In this document: positions 26,549 through 39,396 of the stretch, piece after piece
Numbering within the stretch: position 1 is the stretch's first letter
Layout of the letters: each line of letters opens with the position of its first letter
Origin: Octopus sinensis
Taxonomy: Eukaryota
Assembly (NCBI RefSeq): GCF_006345805.1
Contig: NC_042999.1
Location: 66,464,001-66,528,000, forward strand
Reading direction: 5' to 3'
Length of the DNA stretch: 64,000 bases
Position numbers and translations under genes: made by a program
Notes under the pieces: generated by a model
What the model was told of the DNA's origin: nothing
Seen by the model: the letters and a program-made list of their open reading frames with translations, nothing else
The model's database searches: none

Positions 26549-26691
26549 GTATAGGGAGAGTTACGAAGACAGTTGGTGTACAAAACAAACAGATGTATTA
26601 GTATAACGCTCAGGAATAAATAAGGTCTTTTACGTTTCGAGCCTATGCTCTTCTATTGAAAGGGACACAGAAAAAACAAGGAGAGAAACAA

Positions 26692-26695
<4 letters not shown>
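26549..26695 (-). mobile_element. second copy of the 20654-20822 mini-element
   Basis: Reverse complement ctgtgtccctttcaatagaagagcataggctcgaaacgtaaaagac...cctgagcgttatacta. Confidence 0.7.
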
Positions 26696-26764
<69 letters not shown>

Positions 26765-26767
<3 letters not shown>

Positions 26768-27427
26768 GAGATAGTCTATTACTGAATACTGAAAACAGAC
26801 CTCAATGCGAAAAACGAGATAATAGGCTTTAACACTTTAGCCGTCCCAGTTATAAGTTACAGCTACAATACTCTTGATTGGACACTGAACTAACCAAAAT
26901 AGATAGGAAAACAAGAAAAATAATGACAGGATCTAGGACGCACCACCTAAAATCTGACATAAAAAGGTTACATATACAACGTATAGAAGGTAGTAGATCC
27001 TTATACAGCTAGAAAACTATTACAAAATAACCACCATAGGACTGCAAAAGTAACTCCTTCAGAAGCAAGGAAAACTAATACAAATAGCCACAAAACACAA
27101 ACAAAACAAAAAACTTTTTTCGGTCTTTAAGGAAGCTGACAAATATAAATAGAAAGCCATACTACCAAAGAACTATGAAGCAGAAGAAAAACAAACAACA
27201 AAAGCTGTAAAACAAATGATATCCAAACTAACACTAGAACAGCAACGGACCATGATAAAATGATGGCAAGAAAAGCCCCTTCATGGTAAATACTGGGCAA
27301 AACTAAACACAAAAGGAATTAACAAAGAAAAATCTCAGCAATGGCTGAGAAGCTCAGGACTCAAAGCAGAGACTGAAGGATTTTTTAATTGCAGCACAAG
27401 ACGAAAGCCTCCCCACCAGAAATTAAG
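26765..27427 (+). mobile_element. R4/Dong LINE internal fragment (post-RT region)
   Basis: Frameshifted LAVPVISYSYN, DRKTRKIMT, WQEKPLHGKY, QQWLRSSGLKAETEG..IAAQD; homologous to 48440-49040. Confidence 0.85.
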
Positions 27428-28010
27428 TTCGCCTACTGGAGGTTATGTAAAATGTACCGCCTGGACAGAGCACGGAAGTGGTACGAACATTATACCAGAA
27501 GTCACCGACAATAAGGGATATAAGATATTGGGGAATTATACCATAAAATATGACTCGCTAATCGATGCTCGGACACCAGCTATTGCAATAACTGGGGATG
27601 CACGCTTAAGTGAAAAAGAGCTAGAAAAGACTGAAAAGTACAGACTACTAAAAGAAGAAATTACATGGATGTGAACTGTTAGGAGTGTGTGTGTCATTCC
27701 AGTAGTTATAGGGGCACTCGGAGCTCTAAGAACCAAGTTGGACAAAACAAGTCAGAGAAGCCAGAAGAGGCAAGTCAGAGAAATAAACATGAGAGCAGAG
27801 CAAACCCGAAAACCTCCCCTGTTAGGGACAGCTAGGATTTTGAAATTAGTGCTTGGATGCTAAATGTCCCCCACGATGATTAACAGCCAAGTATCAAAGC
27901 TTACAATGTGCAGAGAGAGACCCTGTGAGACCTCTGGTAGCAGGCTGTTGTCCGCTCTCAGAGATTATACCAAAGCAGACAAGACCGAGCGCTCTGAGAA
28001 GTAAAAGAGT
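27428..28010 (+). mobile_element. R4/Dong 3' end of another subfamily (RLE, 3' UTR, TAA/TAG tail)
   Basis: YWRLCKMY..KWYEH, EKYRLLKEEI, VIPVVIGALG, LLGTARILK; followed by taatgataataatactag. Confidence 0.8.
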
Positions 28011-29393
28011 AATGATAATAATACTAGTACTACTATAATACTAGTACTACTAATGGTAATAATACTAGTACTACTATACAAGAGGAGGAGAGACTAATTA
28101 AATAACAACCGTTTCGTTTTTAATGTAATAAGAATTAAATACACAGTGAAGATTTCAGAGAGAAGCTAAACATAAATTGGGTAGAGGGCCTAAGAAATAA
28201 AGGAGAGAGAGAGAAAATAATGTAATTGACGTAGAGAGAAGGAGAATAAAACATAAATAAAGTGAGAAGCAGAAATGCAGACAAGCATAAAAATAGACAT
28301 AAAGAAAATTAGAGAGATATATAATGAGGTAGATAGAGACATAATGGAAAATATGAAAGATATAGAGCCAAGTGAGAAAAATAAACGCGTTAGTTACAGA
28401 CCGTTAGAATCAGAGAGTAAGATATATACAACCATAAATAAAGTAGTGTCGCAAACGATAGACAGGTAGACGCACAAAAACAAGAGATAAAAGAAAGAAT
28501 CGAAGAAAGACACGGGAAATTTCTAGGAAGTGAAACCATATAAGATAACATTCGATTAGTTTAAACTTAACAAAATCAGGATTCTCTCGCTCTTTTTTTT
28601 TTCTATCTTTCTCTCTTCTCTCTCTCTCTCTCTCTCTCTCTCGCATACACATCATTGCTTTTACTTTGCATATGCACGTGCACAAGTCTACATACGTATA
28701 TGCGAAGGCGTGCAGCCTAGTGGTTAGGGTGTACAGCTCATGATTAGGAAAATTGAAGAGTCGCTATGCCAGTCAAAGAGCCTCCTTCTAACATAAGGAC
28801 AAAACAAAGAGAAGATGGCGAGCCACATAAAGTGTTTGGAATCTAACGCAACACCACACGTGATTAAGTGGGAAATAATTTAAAATCTACACCTTTTGTT
28901 AAAGGATCAAATAAATGTAAGATATATTTAGCTGAAAGAGCTCAGATCCTTTTCAGATCTTAGTTCCCTAACTTACTATTGAACTCTAGGTATGATATCT
29001 TCAATGGTTATCAGCAAATGTTTAAATGCATTTTTTAAAAAAACTGGAAAATTCTGCCAATACCTGATCAACTTATCTTTCTAGCCTTATAAATTAAGCT
29101 CTAAGGAGGATAACACATTTAATTTTTACTCTTTTGTTTTCCGTTTTTTTTTAACCTTCCACATTTTCTATATGCTTCCTTTTCAACTGTTCATATTTCT
29201 TCTCTAATTCAGTTCTAATTCCTTATAGTATGTGGTTTGTGCCTGATGTATCTATGTTTGAGGTATTTCTCAACATATGAAACTATTAATAGTATATAAT
29301 AACATGCATCGTGTCTATTAAGTATTATTTATCTCTCACCAGATGGAGTACATTTTTTGTTGATCTTACCATCAAGGGAGAGTACTTGACATA

Positions 29394-29462
<69 letters not shown>

Positions 29463-29588
29463 TATTATATATATATATATATATATATATAATACGTTTT
29501 GGGATTTGGTTTGCAAGATTCTTTATGTGAGTTCGTGGGTTGAAGCATATTCTGTTGTTTCTAGGGAGAGTCATTTTCTTTTTTGCCT

Positions 29589-29794
29589 TATAATGTAACA
29601 CACTCACCGGTAAAATTTTCACTTATTTCTTAATTTTATTTTCCTAAAATTTTCGTTGCGTCTTGCAGCCTTTTCAATAGTCTTCACTTTTGAAAAGTTT
29701 GACTATTGAAAAGGTTGCAACACGCAACGAAAGTTTTAGGAAAATAAAAGTAAGAAATAAGTGGAAATTTTACCGGTGAGTGTGTTACATTATA
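29589..29794. mobile_element. fold-back element, 94-bp arms and 18-bp loop, with a U3-A8 hammerhead motif in each arm
   Basis: 29589-29682 is the reverse complement of 29701-29794; cta TTGAAAA g gttgc aacac gcaac GAAA gt T T tag. Confidence 0.85.
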
Positions 29795-29899
29795 TATATA
29801 ATATTATATGTACATATATATACAGAGAGAGAGAGAGAGAGGGAGTGGGAGAGAGAGAGAGAGAGTATTATATATATATATATATATGGAGTGATTGTC

Positions 29900-30090
29900 C
29901 TCTTCAGTCAGGAATGACCATGGGTCTGCATCTAGAAAGTAACCCTTCGAGGCACAAGTCCATCAAAGACCTTTTTATGGAAGACCAGCAGTTTCCCCTC
30001 TCCCCACGCAACTCATGTTATCGAAGGAAAAGACAAAGGCTGATGCATTTTGACAACACCAGCTCATATCAACTTCAAGGTTCCCCAGTT
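29900..30090 (-). repeat. dispersed repeat, copy 1 (possibly an RTE 5' leader or SINE part)
   Basis: gaatgaccatggg..gca.ctagaaagt.accct.cgaggcacaagtcc shared with 57890-58060. Confidence 0.6.
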
Positions 30091-30096
30091 CGCACA

Positions 30097-30134
<38 letters not shown>

Positions 30135-30599
30135 TGTGTGTGTGTGTGTTTAATGACTGAACCAGGCTCGTATATACTCCACTGGATACACCATAGTTAA
30201 ATTCATCCAGCTATTTAAAAATTTTCATAAATGTTGGGAATTATCTGGGGCTACATCTTCAAGCTGACATAAACGAGAATAGGTAACATCCGATATGCGA
30301 TAAATAAAGTAAATATACGTGAAATGAAGTACGTTCACCGCTGCAAGACTTTCTATTTCGAAAACCGTATTTCTCATCGGACCGTTTCAATACGCAACTG
30401 CGACCTACACATTACACCACTTTCGCCGCAGAATAGCACACTCACAAAAGTTGTAAAGAATCGTTAATTATTTCGAAATACATTACGTAAGACATCTAAT
30501 TTCAAGGCCCAGAAACAAGTGCAAATTTTAACAATTCTTCCAACTGAAATGCTGATATATCCACATTAAGTATTTCTTTTTTCTTTTTTTGGAAATTAC

Positions 30600-30787
30600 A
30601 TATCGCGATTCACCTATCGCGGTTTATTATTTAACACTCTGTGGTGTTGTTTTGCTTTATAATAAAATAATTATATAAAATTATAAAAATATTTTTCAAA
30701 ATATGCAGTACTGTTTATATTTCGCGGATTTTCACCTGTCGCGGTGGGTTTTGGAACGTAACCTCTGCGAAAGTCGAGTGTTTACGT
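30600..30787. mobile_element. pogo/Tigger-like DNA transposon terminal inverted repeat end
   Basis: gcggattttcacctgtcgcggtgggttttggaacgtaacctctgcgaaagtcgagtgtttac resembles Tigger/MER2-type termini; subterminal ttcacct.tcgcgg occurs twice. Confidence 0.55.
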
Positions 30788-31178
30788 TATACACACTTCA
30801 TAAATTTTCGTGTTTACAGTCATTGTTCCATGCATTATAATGCATTTTGTGTCATTCAAGATCGTTGAGAACAGGCCATCAAATCAGAAAGGAAGGCAGC
30901 GAAGTTAAAATGGGATTACGCCCTCTTTTAAATGTAGAAGATAAACGTAATCAACCAGACGACAAAAGAATTAAAGTTTGCATGACAATAAAGAAAAGAT
31001 TAGGCCAGGAGCTTAAATATCCTACATCAATAACACTTTTGGCGCATCCACAATTTTCAAATCTCTCTGGAAATGGAGAGTTCAACAGAGTGTTAAAACG
31101 TTGATGAAATCCTAACATAGGACAGGGCAGCTGATCCTATATTTTCTGTCGTCCTCTGTATGTGTGGGTATATAAATA

Positions 31179-31218
<40 letters not shown>

Positions 31219-31409
31219 TATATAGACAAATAGATATAGATAGATAGATATGTATATATATGTGAATGGCTAGATACATACATAGACACAGAGATAGATA
31301 GATAGATAGATACATACATACATACATACATACATACATACATACAACGACAGGCAAACAGGTAGATAGATTTAGATATAGTTTCAGATTTAGATAATAT
31401 ATGCTTATG

Positions 31410-31466
<57 letters not shown>

Positions 31467-31885
31467 CAAATATATTTACAAGTATATATTATATATATAT
31501 ATATATATATAATAATATATATATATATATATATACAGACAATATATTATATAGATATATATAATACACATATATGTACGTGAGTAAATACATATATATT
31601 TACATATATACATATAGATATATATGTGGTGTATGAGTGCGTATATTTTCGTATAGAATCATTTTGTATCAAGTTAGCGACAAATAATACTCATACATTT
31701 TTATACACGCTCTCATAATTCGTATATGAAACATAATCATAAACATATGCACTTTGAATATTGCACAGCACCACTTATACACAGTTACCCACATACGCAC
31801 ATCTTACGCACATACGTGACACCTCTACATATGCCCCTAATAACACATTCAGTATAACACACTCACACACATTCACACACACATA

Positions 31886-31982
<97 letters not shown>

Positions 31983-32889
31983 ATGTATATCCTTGCACAC
32001 TTACAGGCAGACATACTTTTACTGTCAGACATCAATAATCGTATTATTTTCGATAAGAAGAACTTCAGCTTTAAAGCAATCGCCTTCTATTCTGACTTAA
32101 AGGTCAGATAGAAAAAGTCATGTGAACACACAGAGAAAAGACTAGAGTAGGAATTCTTTGGAGCTTTTAAGGAAATAATGAAACAGCGAAATCCAAACCG
32201 TATTTACAGTAGTTTTCTATAGAAATTACTTGGGTAATTTTCGACCGGAATTTGGTAATTTTTCTCAATTTTAGATTCATTTGGCCGGTTGTATATTTTC
32301 ACAAAATAATAGAGTCTTTGTATGCCACCTGATTGTTGTCTATTCATTCGATTTCTGCAGTGTTTTAACCCTAATGGCTAGACATTCAATGCTGAGTGAC
32401 TATGTCATTTATTTGCATTTGTTTGTGGACGATGGAGGGTGGAGTGTGGTTGACTGGGAATGTGAGCGTGTGTGGTTGAAGTGGTTGGGGGGTGTGAGTG
32501 TGTGTCGATGTCAAACTTTTTAGCCTGCTTTCTTTTCTTTGTTATTTCTGTATTTCTGTATTTTTGTTTGTTATTCCTGTGTTTTTTTTCTTACAATTCT
32601 TCTAGTTACCAGACTGTGGCCATACGGGGGCACCGCCTTGAAATGTTTAGCAGACTACGCCAACTCCAGTGTTTATATTTAAGTCTGGGTCTTATTTTAT
32701 CGATCTCGTTTGTAGGACCGCTAAGTAGAGGGACGTAAGCAAATCAACACTTATTACCAAGCGATGAATTTGGACACAAATTCTAAGACACAGCCATTCA
32801 TATGCACAAATGCACATTCACATACATATGTATATGTGTATGTATGCATGTATGTATGTACGTACGTATGTATGCATGCATGTGTGTGT

Positions 32890-33400
32890 GTGTGTGTTAT
32901 GTGAGGTCCCTTTCGAGTGCTACTGGTAACATGTAACCCAGTACAACCTGTTGCATGGTCGGGCCGTCGGCGACCCCATCAAGCTTGCTTGGTGAGGAGG
33001 GTGTTTATTGTACACCCTGCGGGATGAAAAACAAAACCCATCAAAGGGCGGAGGAACGCTTGAGAGTCAACGGCCATCCAATAAATGTCTGAAGGCTGTA
33101 TCATGCGCGGGGACATAGAAATAATCGGACTGAATACCCGATCGCGCGGTTAAACCATTAGGAGTGAAGGACTCCTAGCCTTTGTTAGGGCATCCTTCTA
33201 GGAGAAGGTAACTCAGGTAACTGGGATAACTCCGACGTAAAATCTGCGGCTCAGTGGATACTGATGATGTCGACTTGTTCTTCTTTTCGGATTATGGCTG
33301 CTGTTGCTTAGTGAGTGGGATTGACTCAGTGCACAGTCTTTCCTCACTTTAAAAAAAAACTCTTGCACAGGCATGGCACGATAATAACATTGATTAAGCT
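32890..33400 (+). mobile_element. GC-richer structured repeat resembling an RTE-LINE 5' UTR
   Basis: ctaggagaaggtaactc motif and stacked hairpins at 33159-33177 and 33194-33208; class recalled from memory, not verified. Confidence 0.4.
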
Positions 33401-33459
33401 TCGTGCAATGGCCATACTCGATAACGAGTGTGCAGCCACCATGTATGTATGTTGAAGGA

Positions 33460-33750
33460 GCATAGCTTATTGGTTAAGGTGTAACACTCACGATTGCGAG
33501 ATCGTGGGTCGATTCCCAGACAAGGCTTTGCATTTTGTTCTTGAGCAAAGCACTTCATTTCACGTTGCTCTGTGATCATTTCATCATCTCACATGTGGCA
33601 CCCGTTGCACCTGTGCAGGTAATGTTGATTTAATGGAGAGAGTGAGCTTATGTCTAAACAAACATTTGATTACTATAAACAAATCATCTGTGTGGTTGAT
33701 CGGTAAGAAATTGTCGAAACCTCATACGTCGTCTAACGACGGGAGAGCCC
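33460..33750 (+). mobile_element. degenerate tRNA-SINE (family C-like head, ttgagcaaagcacttcatttcacg core)
   Basis: Similar to 42165-42410. Confidence 0.6.
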
Positions 33751-33928
33751 GTTGTGTATGAATGCATGTATATATATATATGTATGTATGTATGCATGTA
33801 TGAATGTATGAATGTATGTATGTATATATGTATGTATATATGTATGTATCAATGTATGTATATATGTATGTATGTATTATGTATGTATGTATGAGTGTGT
33901 ATGCGTGAGTGTGTTTATGTATGTATGA

Positions 33929-34640
33929 ATGTCGTTATTCTGTTTATTTCAAGATTTCTTGCCAATAGAGAAAGAACCGGTTTCTAACCTAGATCCAAGA
34001 CTCCTTCATTGGAATTTCAACATCAACAACATGGTAGTTTTGTATATATGTATGCATGTATGTATGTATGTATGTATGTATGTATGTATGCATGCATGTA
34101 TGCATGTATGTATGTATGTATGTATGTATGTATGTATGTATGTATGTATGTATGTATGTATGTACAGATTTATGTAGGCATTTTCATGCATAGTGTTACA
34201 TATCTAGACATGCTCATATATATTTAAATGATAAACTTCTGGAAAGTTTTACAGATTTTTACAGTTCCACTGATGGCTTGGATCTGTAGTCTTCGAATTT
34301 GTTTTCTTCTTTCTGGTTTTGATAAGCCTAATTTCTACATATTGGTATTCAAGCAGTGTGTTAAATACCCCAGGGCACCAATAATTACAGGTATAAACCT
34401 GAACTTGCAATCTGGGTAGAGTAACTACAGATTTCTCAATAGTTCAGCCTGGGGGTTCTGTTTTTCATTGATCTTTAGCTTTATGTTAATATCCGCTGGG
34501 CAGCTAGTTTCCACAACTGAGCATAGTTTCTGTCTCCTCTATCTCAAATCATTGTATCAGGTCTCTTGTGCTTATATTTTATTCGGGTCTTCACTACTAA
34601 ATTCCACCAGTTTTTCTTTTTATTATGAGTGGCTATGGCT
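33929..34640 (-). mobile_element. 5'-truncated R4/Dong-like LINE embedded in (ATAC)n
   Basis: Minus translation WWNLVVKTRIKYKHKRPDT..ETSCPADINIK..FIPVIIGALG..LQIQAISGTVKI; (ATGT)n on both flanks and inside the 3' UTR. Confidence 0.8.
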
Positions 34641-34789
34641 TCTACTATATTGTGAGTTCTTATGCATGCATGCATGTATGTATGTTTGGGTGTATGGTAT
34701 GTATGTATGTATGTATGTATGTATGTTTGAATGAATGAATGAATGAATGAATGTGACGGATTTCCCCACAGTTTCCGTCTGCAAAAGTT

Positions 34790-35158
34790 CAGTTTCAAAA
34801 TATCGGGGCCAGTCCATTAGATCGACCCCAGTACGCAACTGGTACTTAATTTATCGACCCCAAAAGAATGAAAAGCAAAGTCGACCTTGGCGGAACTTGA
34901 ACTCAGAACGTAACGGCAGACGAAATACATATTTATTTACTACCCACAAGGGGCTAAACACAGAGAGGACAAACAAGGACAGACAAACGGATTAAGTTGA
35001 TTATATCGACCCCAGTGCGTAACTGGTACTTATTTAATCGACCCCGAAAGGATGAAAGGCAAAGTCGATCTTGGCGGAATTTGAATTCAGAACGTAGCAG
35101 CAGACGAAATACCGATAAGCATTTCTCCCGGCGTGCTAAGGTTTCTGGCAGCTCACCG
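34790..35158 (-). mobile_element. tRNA-SINE family B
   Basis: Reverse complement of the 15824-16198 type. Confidence 0.9.
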
Positions 35159-35904
35159 CCTTAGATACGTAGATATTATTATATCAATGACAGGCTTATT
35201 GCTTCTGACATTGGAAACTTTAGTGGAAAGACAATCCAGCGAATGGTCTATTTTCATCAAACTCAGACCACCTCCAAGAGCTAAGCATCGACATTCATTT
35301 GCCCTAACTCTAATTTTGTTGCTGTCATCGTATCTACAGTTCAATAACGGTAGTCAATAATTCATACAACCAAAGCCCCAGAATGCTAAAATACGAGTTA
35401 TATTTACTAAGAACCAAATTACTATTTGGACATCGTATAAAAATAAGAGTAATAGCTAAGCATAAAACGAAAGACAAGTAACAAGCTGTGCAACACCAAA
35501 ATTTACGATACTCATCATATGTTACAAACGTATCTACAATAAATCTAAATAGAGGCAAGAGGTTGATTAAATCGGCCGCAGAATATTGATACTTGAGTAC
35601 TGAATGGAGAAGATGGCTACGCGAGATAGGCATATACATCCTTAATACCTCAAAATGATAATAATAAGCGCCAAACATTTGTGACCAGAAACTTTAAGGG
35701 CCCCGACAATGCACTGTTTTTGAGTATTGCATATAGTCAGACTATTGTATGTATACATATATATATATGTGTGTGTCTGTATGGGTGGGTGTGTATTTTT
35801 GAGTGTGTGTACGTATCTGTATATATGTGCGCACACACACACATACACATATATATATATGCATGTATATATATATATATATATAATATATATATATATA
35901 TATC

Positions 35905-35935
<31 letters not shown>

Positions 35936-37124
35936 CTCCGTGGCATACGGCTTTCAAATATGAACTTCTAGTTGAGCATGCGTGCAGTGGACTTAATATT
36001 TTGTTTCTGTTTGATAAATAAGTCGTTAGCTTGAATATTTAATTTTGTCAATTTTGAATTATCAGTGTGTAAATTTTAAACAGAATGTGTTTTATTAAAT
36101 TTTATATGAGTGTGTGTGTGCCTATTTCCAAAATGTCGCTATTAATCAACTTCTTGAGACGACGCATGAGTGGGAAATGTTTATTAAATAAGATGAAGTT
36201 AAATTAAAATATCACAGTTTCAATCACACCTGTTTTTTATTCAAAGAGACAAAAATTATCACCAAATTGTCAAACTAAATTTGAAAATCGAAAGATTACA
36301 GTACCAAAGTCGAGACTCCATAAAAAATACTTAACGCTATAAAATGCACTTCTATGGAACAAGAATTTGGAAGTTTCTGTAATCAGGATAAGAAATTCAT
36401 TCTAGTAAATCACAAAATCTTGCGACAACTTAAACTGGTTCATTACTTTCAAAGTGTACTTTATGAATAATTGAATTTTTTTTTTTTTTGTAATATTATG
36501 AGATGGTTTGTGCTGCTTTCATGTCGTCAACGTAGACATTGGGAGTGACTGTGGCTATCAATAAGACAGTGTTACCACAAGTAGCAATAGTCTTAGTAGT
36601 GTTCTTGAGTGACTCCTCTCAAAACTAAAGTCACTTCTGAGAAAATGCTGTTGGCTGCAACCGAAGAACGTCTGTATTTTAAATCGATGTACAGCCAGTC
36701 TCTTAATTTTTCTATCATACTAAGATCGCGCAGTTTGTAACATGCTAAACTTTATCGAACTCTTTCGTAAAAACGTGGTATATCACATTCACGGTTGTAT
36801 GACTGAATCGTTGTTTCAATATCCAGTTATAAGGATATTGTTGTGTAAGGTTGAAACTTCCTGGACAGAAGCCATCCCGCTTGTCTCAGTGAAGGAACTG
36901 TCTTCTTTGAGCTCAATCAGCTTTCATCTAGCAATTAGCTCTACTTCTTCATTTACGGAATGCATATATTCTGCCTTCATTTATCTTTTGGCTAAGTTCA
37001 CCATATTCAATGAAGGTTTAAAAATGAATCACTGAAAAGGTTCCCTAAACTCGAGCTCTTCAAAAAGAAGATTATGGTGATTGTCCGATGATGCACTGCT
37101 GGGCTCATTCACCATAACTTCTTA

Positions 37125-37455
37125 AAACCCAGAGAAACCAACACTGCAGAAACATATCGGTATTAAATTACCAAAATGAACGGAAAACTGGTCAACAGAA
37201 TAGGGTCGCCAATCAGGACAAAGCACGAACACACCTTTCACTAACTACGCTCTAGAAGTTGTGGGAACTTGGCTACGAAGTTCTTCCCCACCCAGCTTAT
37301 TCCTCCTACCGACCACCAAGCACCTTGATGCTAAAAGTGAATTCAAAGAGTTCATCAGCTCCAGAACACCAGATTTTGTATGTTACCGGGATAAACAAAC
37401 TTGTAACTACTTCGAAAAAATGTGTTGATTGTAATAGTATTTACTTTGAGGAATA
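37125..37455 (+). pseudogene. mariner transposase catalytic-domain remnant
   Basis: KLVNR, QDKARTH (HDNARPH), WELGYEVLPHPAYS, GINKLV..KKCVDCNSIYFE. Confidence 0.85.
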
Positions 37456-37560
37456 CAATTTCCGCATTGTTGAAACTTGTGGAGGTACAAACAACACAAA
37501 AGTGCTGTTCTATATATATATATAAATTTGATTTGCATAAATCTCTAATCTTTTTTCAGG

Positions 37561-37597
<37 letters not shown>

Positions 37598-38028
37598 AGC
37601 TGTTGGACTCGGCGTTGCTCGTGTTTTTCATGTTGAAGTTAATCCCACCTCTGACCTTATATTGAATAAGCATTCCCTTAGAGACTATTCTATCGATTTT
37701 GTTGACATCTTACACGTGAAAAAGTGCAAAAGCTGCTGGAAAAAAAAACATCGGTATGGGCATTTTCATTCAAACGCCCTATGGAGCTCACAAAAATAGA
37801 TGCCAACTGAGCACTATTGAGGTTTCGAAAAATTCGGGCGTTGTTTGAACTTCAGGGCATGTCATCTACATATGTCCCAAACATCATTAAAAGCGGTTGG
37901 ACGGTGTGGAAGGACAGACACCATTACCCATTTATGCATGTTTATATATATATATATATATATATATAATAATAAATATTAGGGAAAAATCAGATTTAGG
38001 ATTGAATCCAATTTTATAGTAAAATATT

Positions 38029-38192
38029 ATATAATATTATTAGAGACAAAACCACTATTTTGCAAATCAAACAAGGAAAGACTTAATCAATACATAAGAA
38101 ATTTTAATATAAAGTAAATAAGTAAATAAATAAATAAAGTCTTTCCTTGTTTGATTTGCAAAATAGTGGTTTTGTCTCTAATAATATTATAT
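38029..38192. repeat. perfect 56-bp inverted repeat with a 52-bp spacer, TA-flanked
   Basis: 38029-38084 is the exact reverse complement of 38137-38192. Confidence 0.9.
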
Positions 38193-38289
38193 ATATATCA
38201 GACGGAGGTAGAAACAACACAGAAGTGCTGTTTTATATGTATAAGAATTTGATTTGTATAGATCTCTAGACTTTTTCAAACTATATATA

Positions 38290-38735
38290 TATAGTTAAAA
38301 AAGTAAATCAAGTTGGAAAAAAAACAGAAGTATATTTTAGAGAATGTTTAATATTTTTGTTATTGTGGGTGATTTAAAATATAAGTAGTTTCGATGTATC
38401 TACCTTATCAAATATTATAAAGAATGTTTTGTGAAGTCAAAAAAAAGGAAAATTTTGGTGGGACTTTACAGTTTGTACTTATATATGAGTTCGACTGAAA
38501 TATGGATGCAAACTGTTAAACTCCAAAATATTTGTTAGTGTCTATCTCCTCAAATAATTCTTTGTAATATTTGATACGAAGGATACATCGAAAGCGGTAA
38601 TATATTTGAAATCACTCGCTGTAACAGAAATGTTAAACAGTCTCTGAAATATAATTCTCTGCTGTTTCCAAATTTATTTTCTTTTTAAGTATATTTTTGA
38701 TTTGTATGAACTCTTAAACTCTTTTCAAGTATATC
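38290..38735. mobile_element. old diverged fold-back element with degenerate U3-A8 hammerhead motifs
   Basis: tttcgatgtatc..ttatcaaatatta.aaagaa is inverted to ttctttgtaatatttgata..gatacatcgaaa; further inverted blocks outward. Confidence 0.6.
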
Positions 38736-38777
<42 letters not shown>

Positions 38778-38787
38778 CACACATATA

Positions 38788-39196
38788 GGCACAAGAGTGG
38801 CTGTGTGGTAAGTAGCTTGCTAACCAACCACACGGTTTCGGGTTCAGTCCAACTGCGTGGCAACTTGGGCAAGTGTATTCTGCTATAGCCCCGGGCCGAC
38901 CTATGCCTTGTGAGTGGATTTGGTAGACGGAAACTGAAAGAAGCCTGTCGTATATATATATATATATATTTATATATATGTATGTGTGTGTGTGTCTGTG
39001 TCTGTGTTTGTCCCCCTAGCATTGCTTGACAGCTGATGCTGGTGTGTTTACGTCCCCGTCACTTAGCGGTTCGGCAAAAGGGGTCGATAGGATAAGTACT
39101 GGGCTTACAAAGAATAAGTCCCGGGGTCGATTTGCTCGACTAAAGGCGGTGCCCCAGCATGGCCGCAGTCAAATGGCTGAAAGAAGAAAAAAAGAG
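38788..39196 (+). mobile_element. full SINE family A with internal (TA)n(TG)n
   Basis: Head, ggaaactgaaagaagcctgtcg, microsatellite, tail cagcatggccgcagtcaaatg. Confidence 0.92.
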
Positions 39197-39259
39197 TAAA
39201 GATTAATATATATATATAAAACATTTAAATATATATATATATATAAGTTCATATATATA

Positions 39260-39335
<76 letters not shown>

Positions 39336-39346
39336 TATATATATAT

Positions 39347-39396
<50 letters not shown>

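Noticed and set aside
30320-31100. Possible Tc1/mariner N-terminal peptide scraps (YFENRIS.., RKEGSEVK..)
   Set aside because: Similarity is too weak to call without a search.
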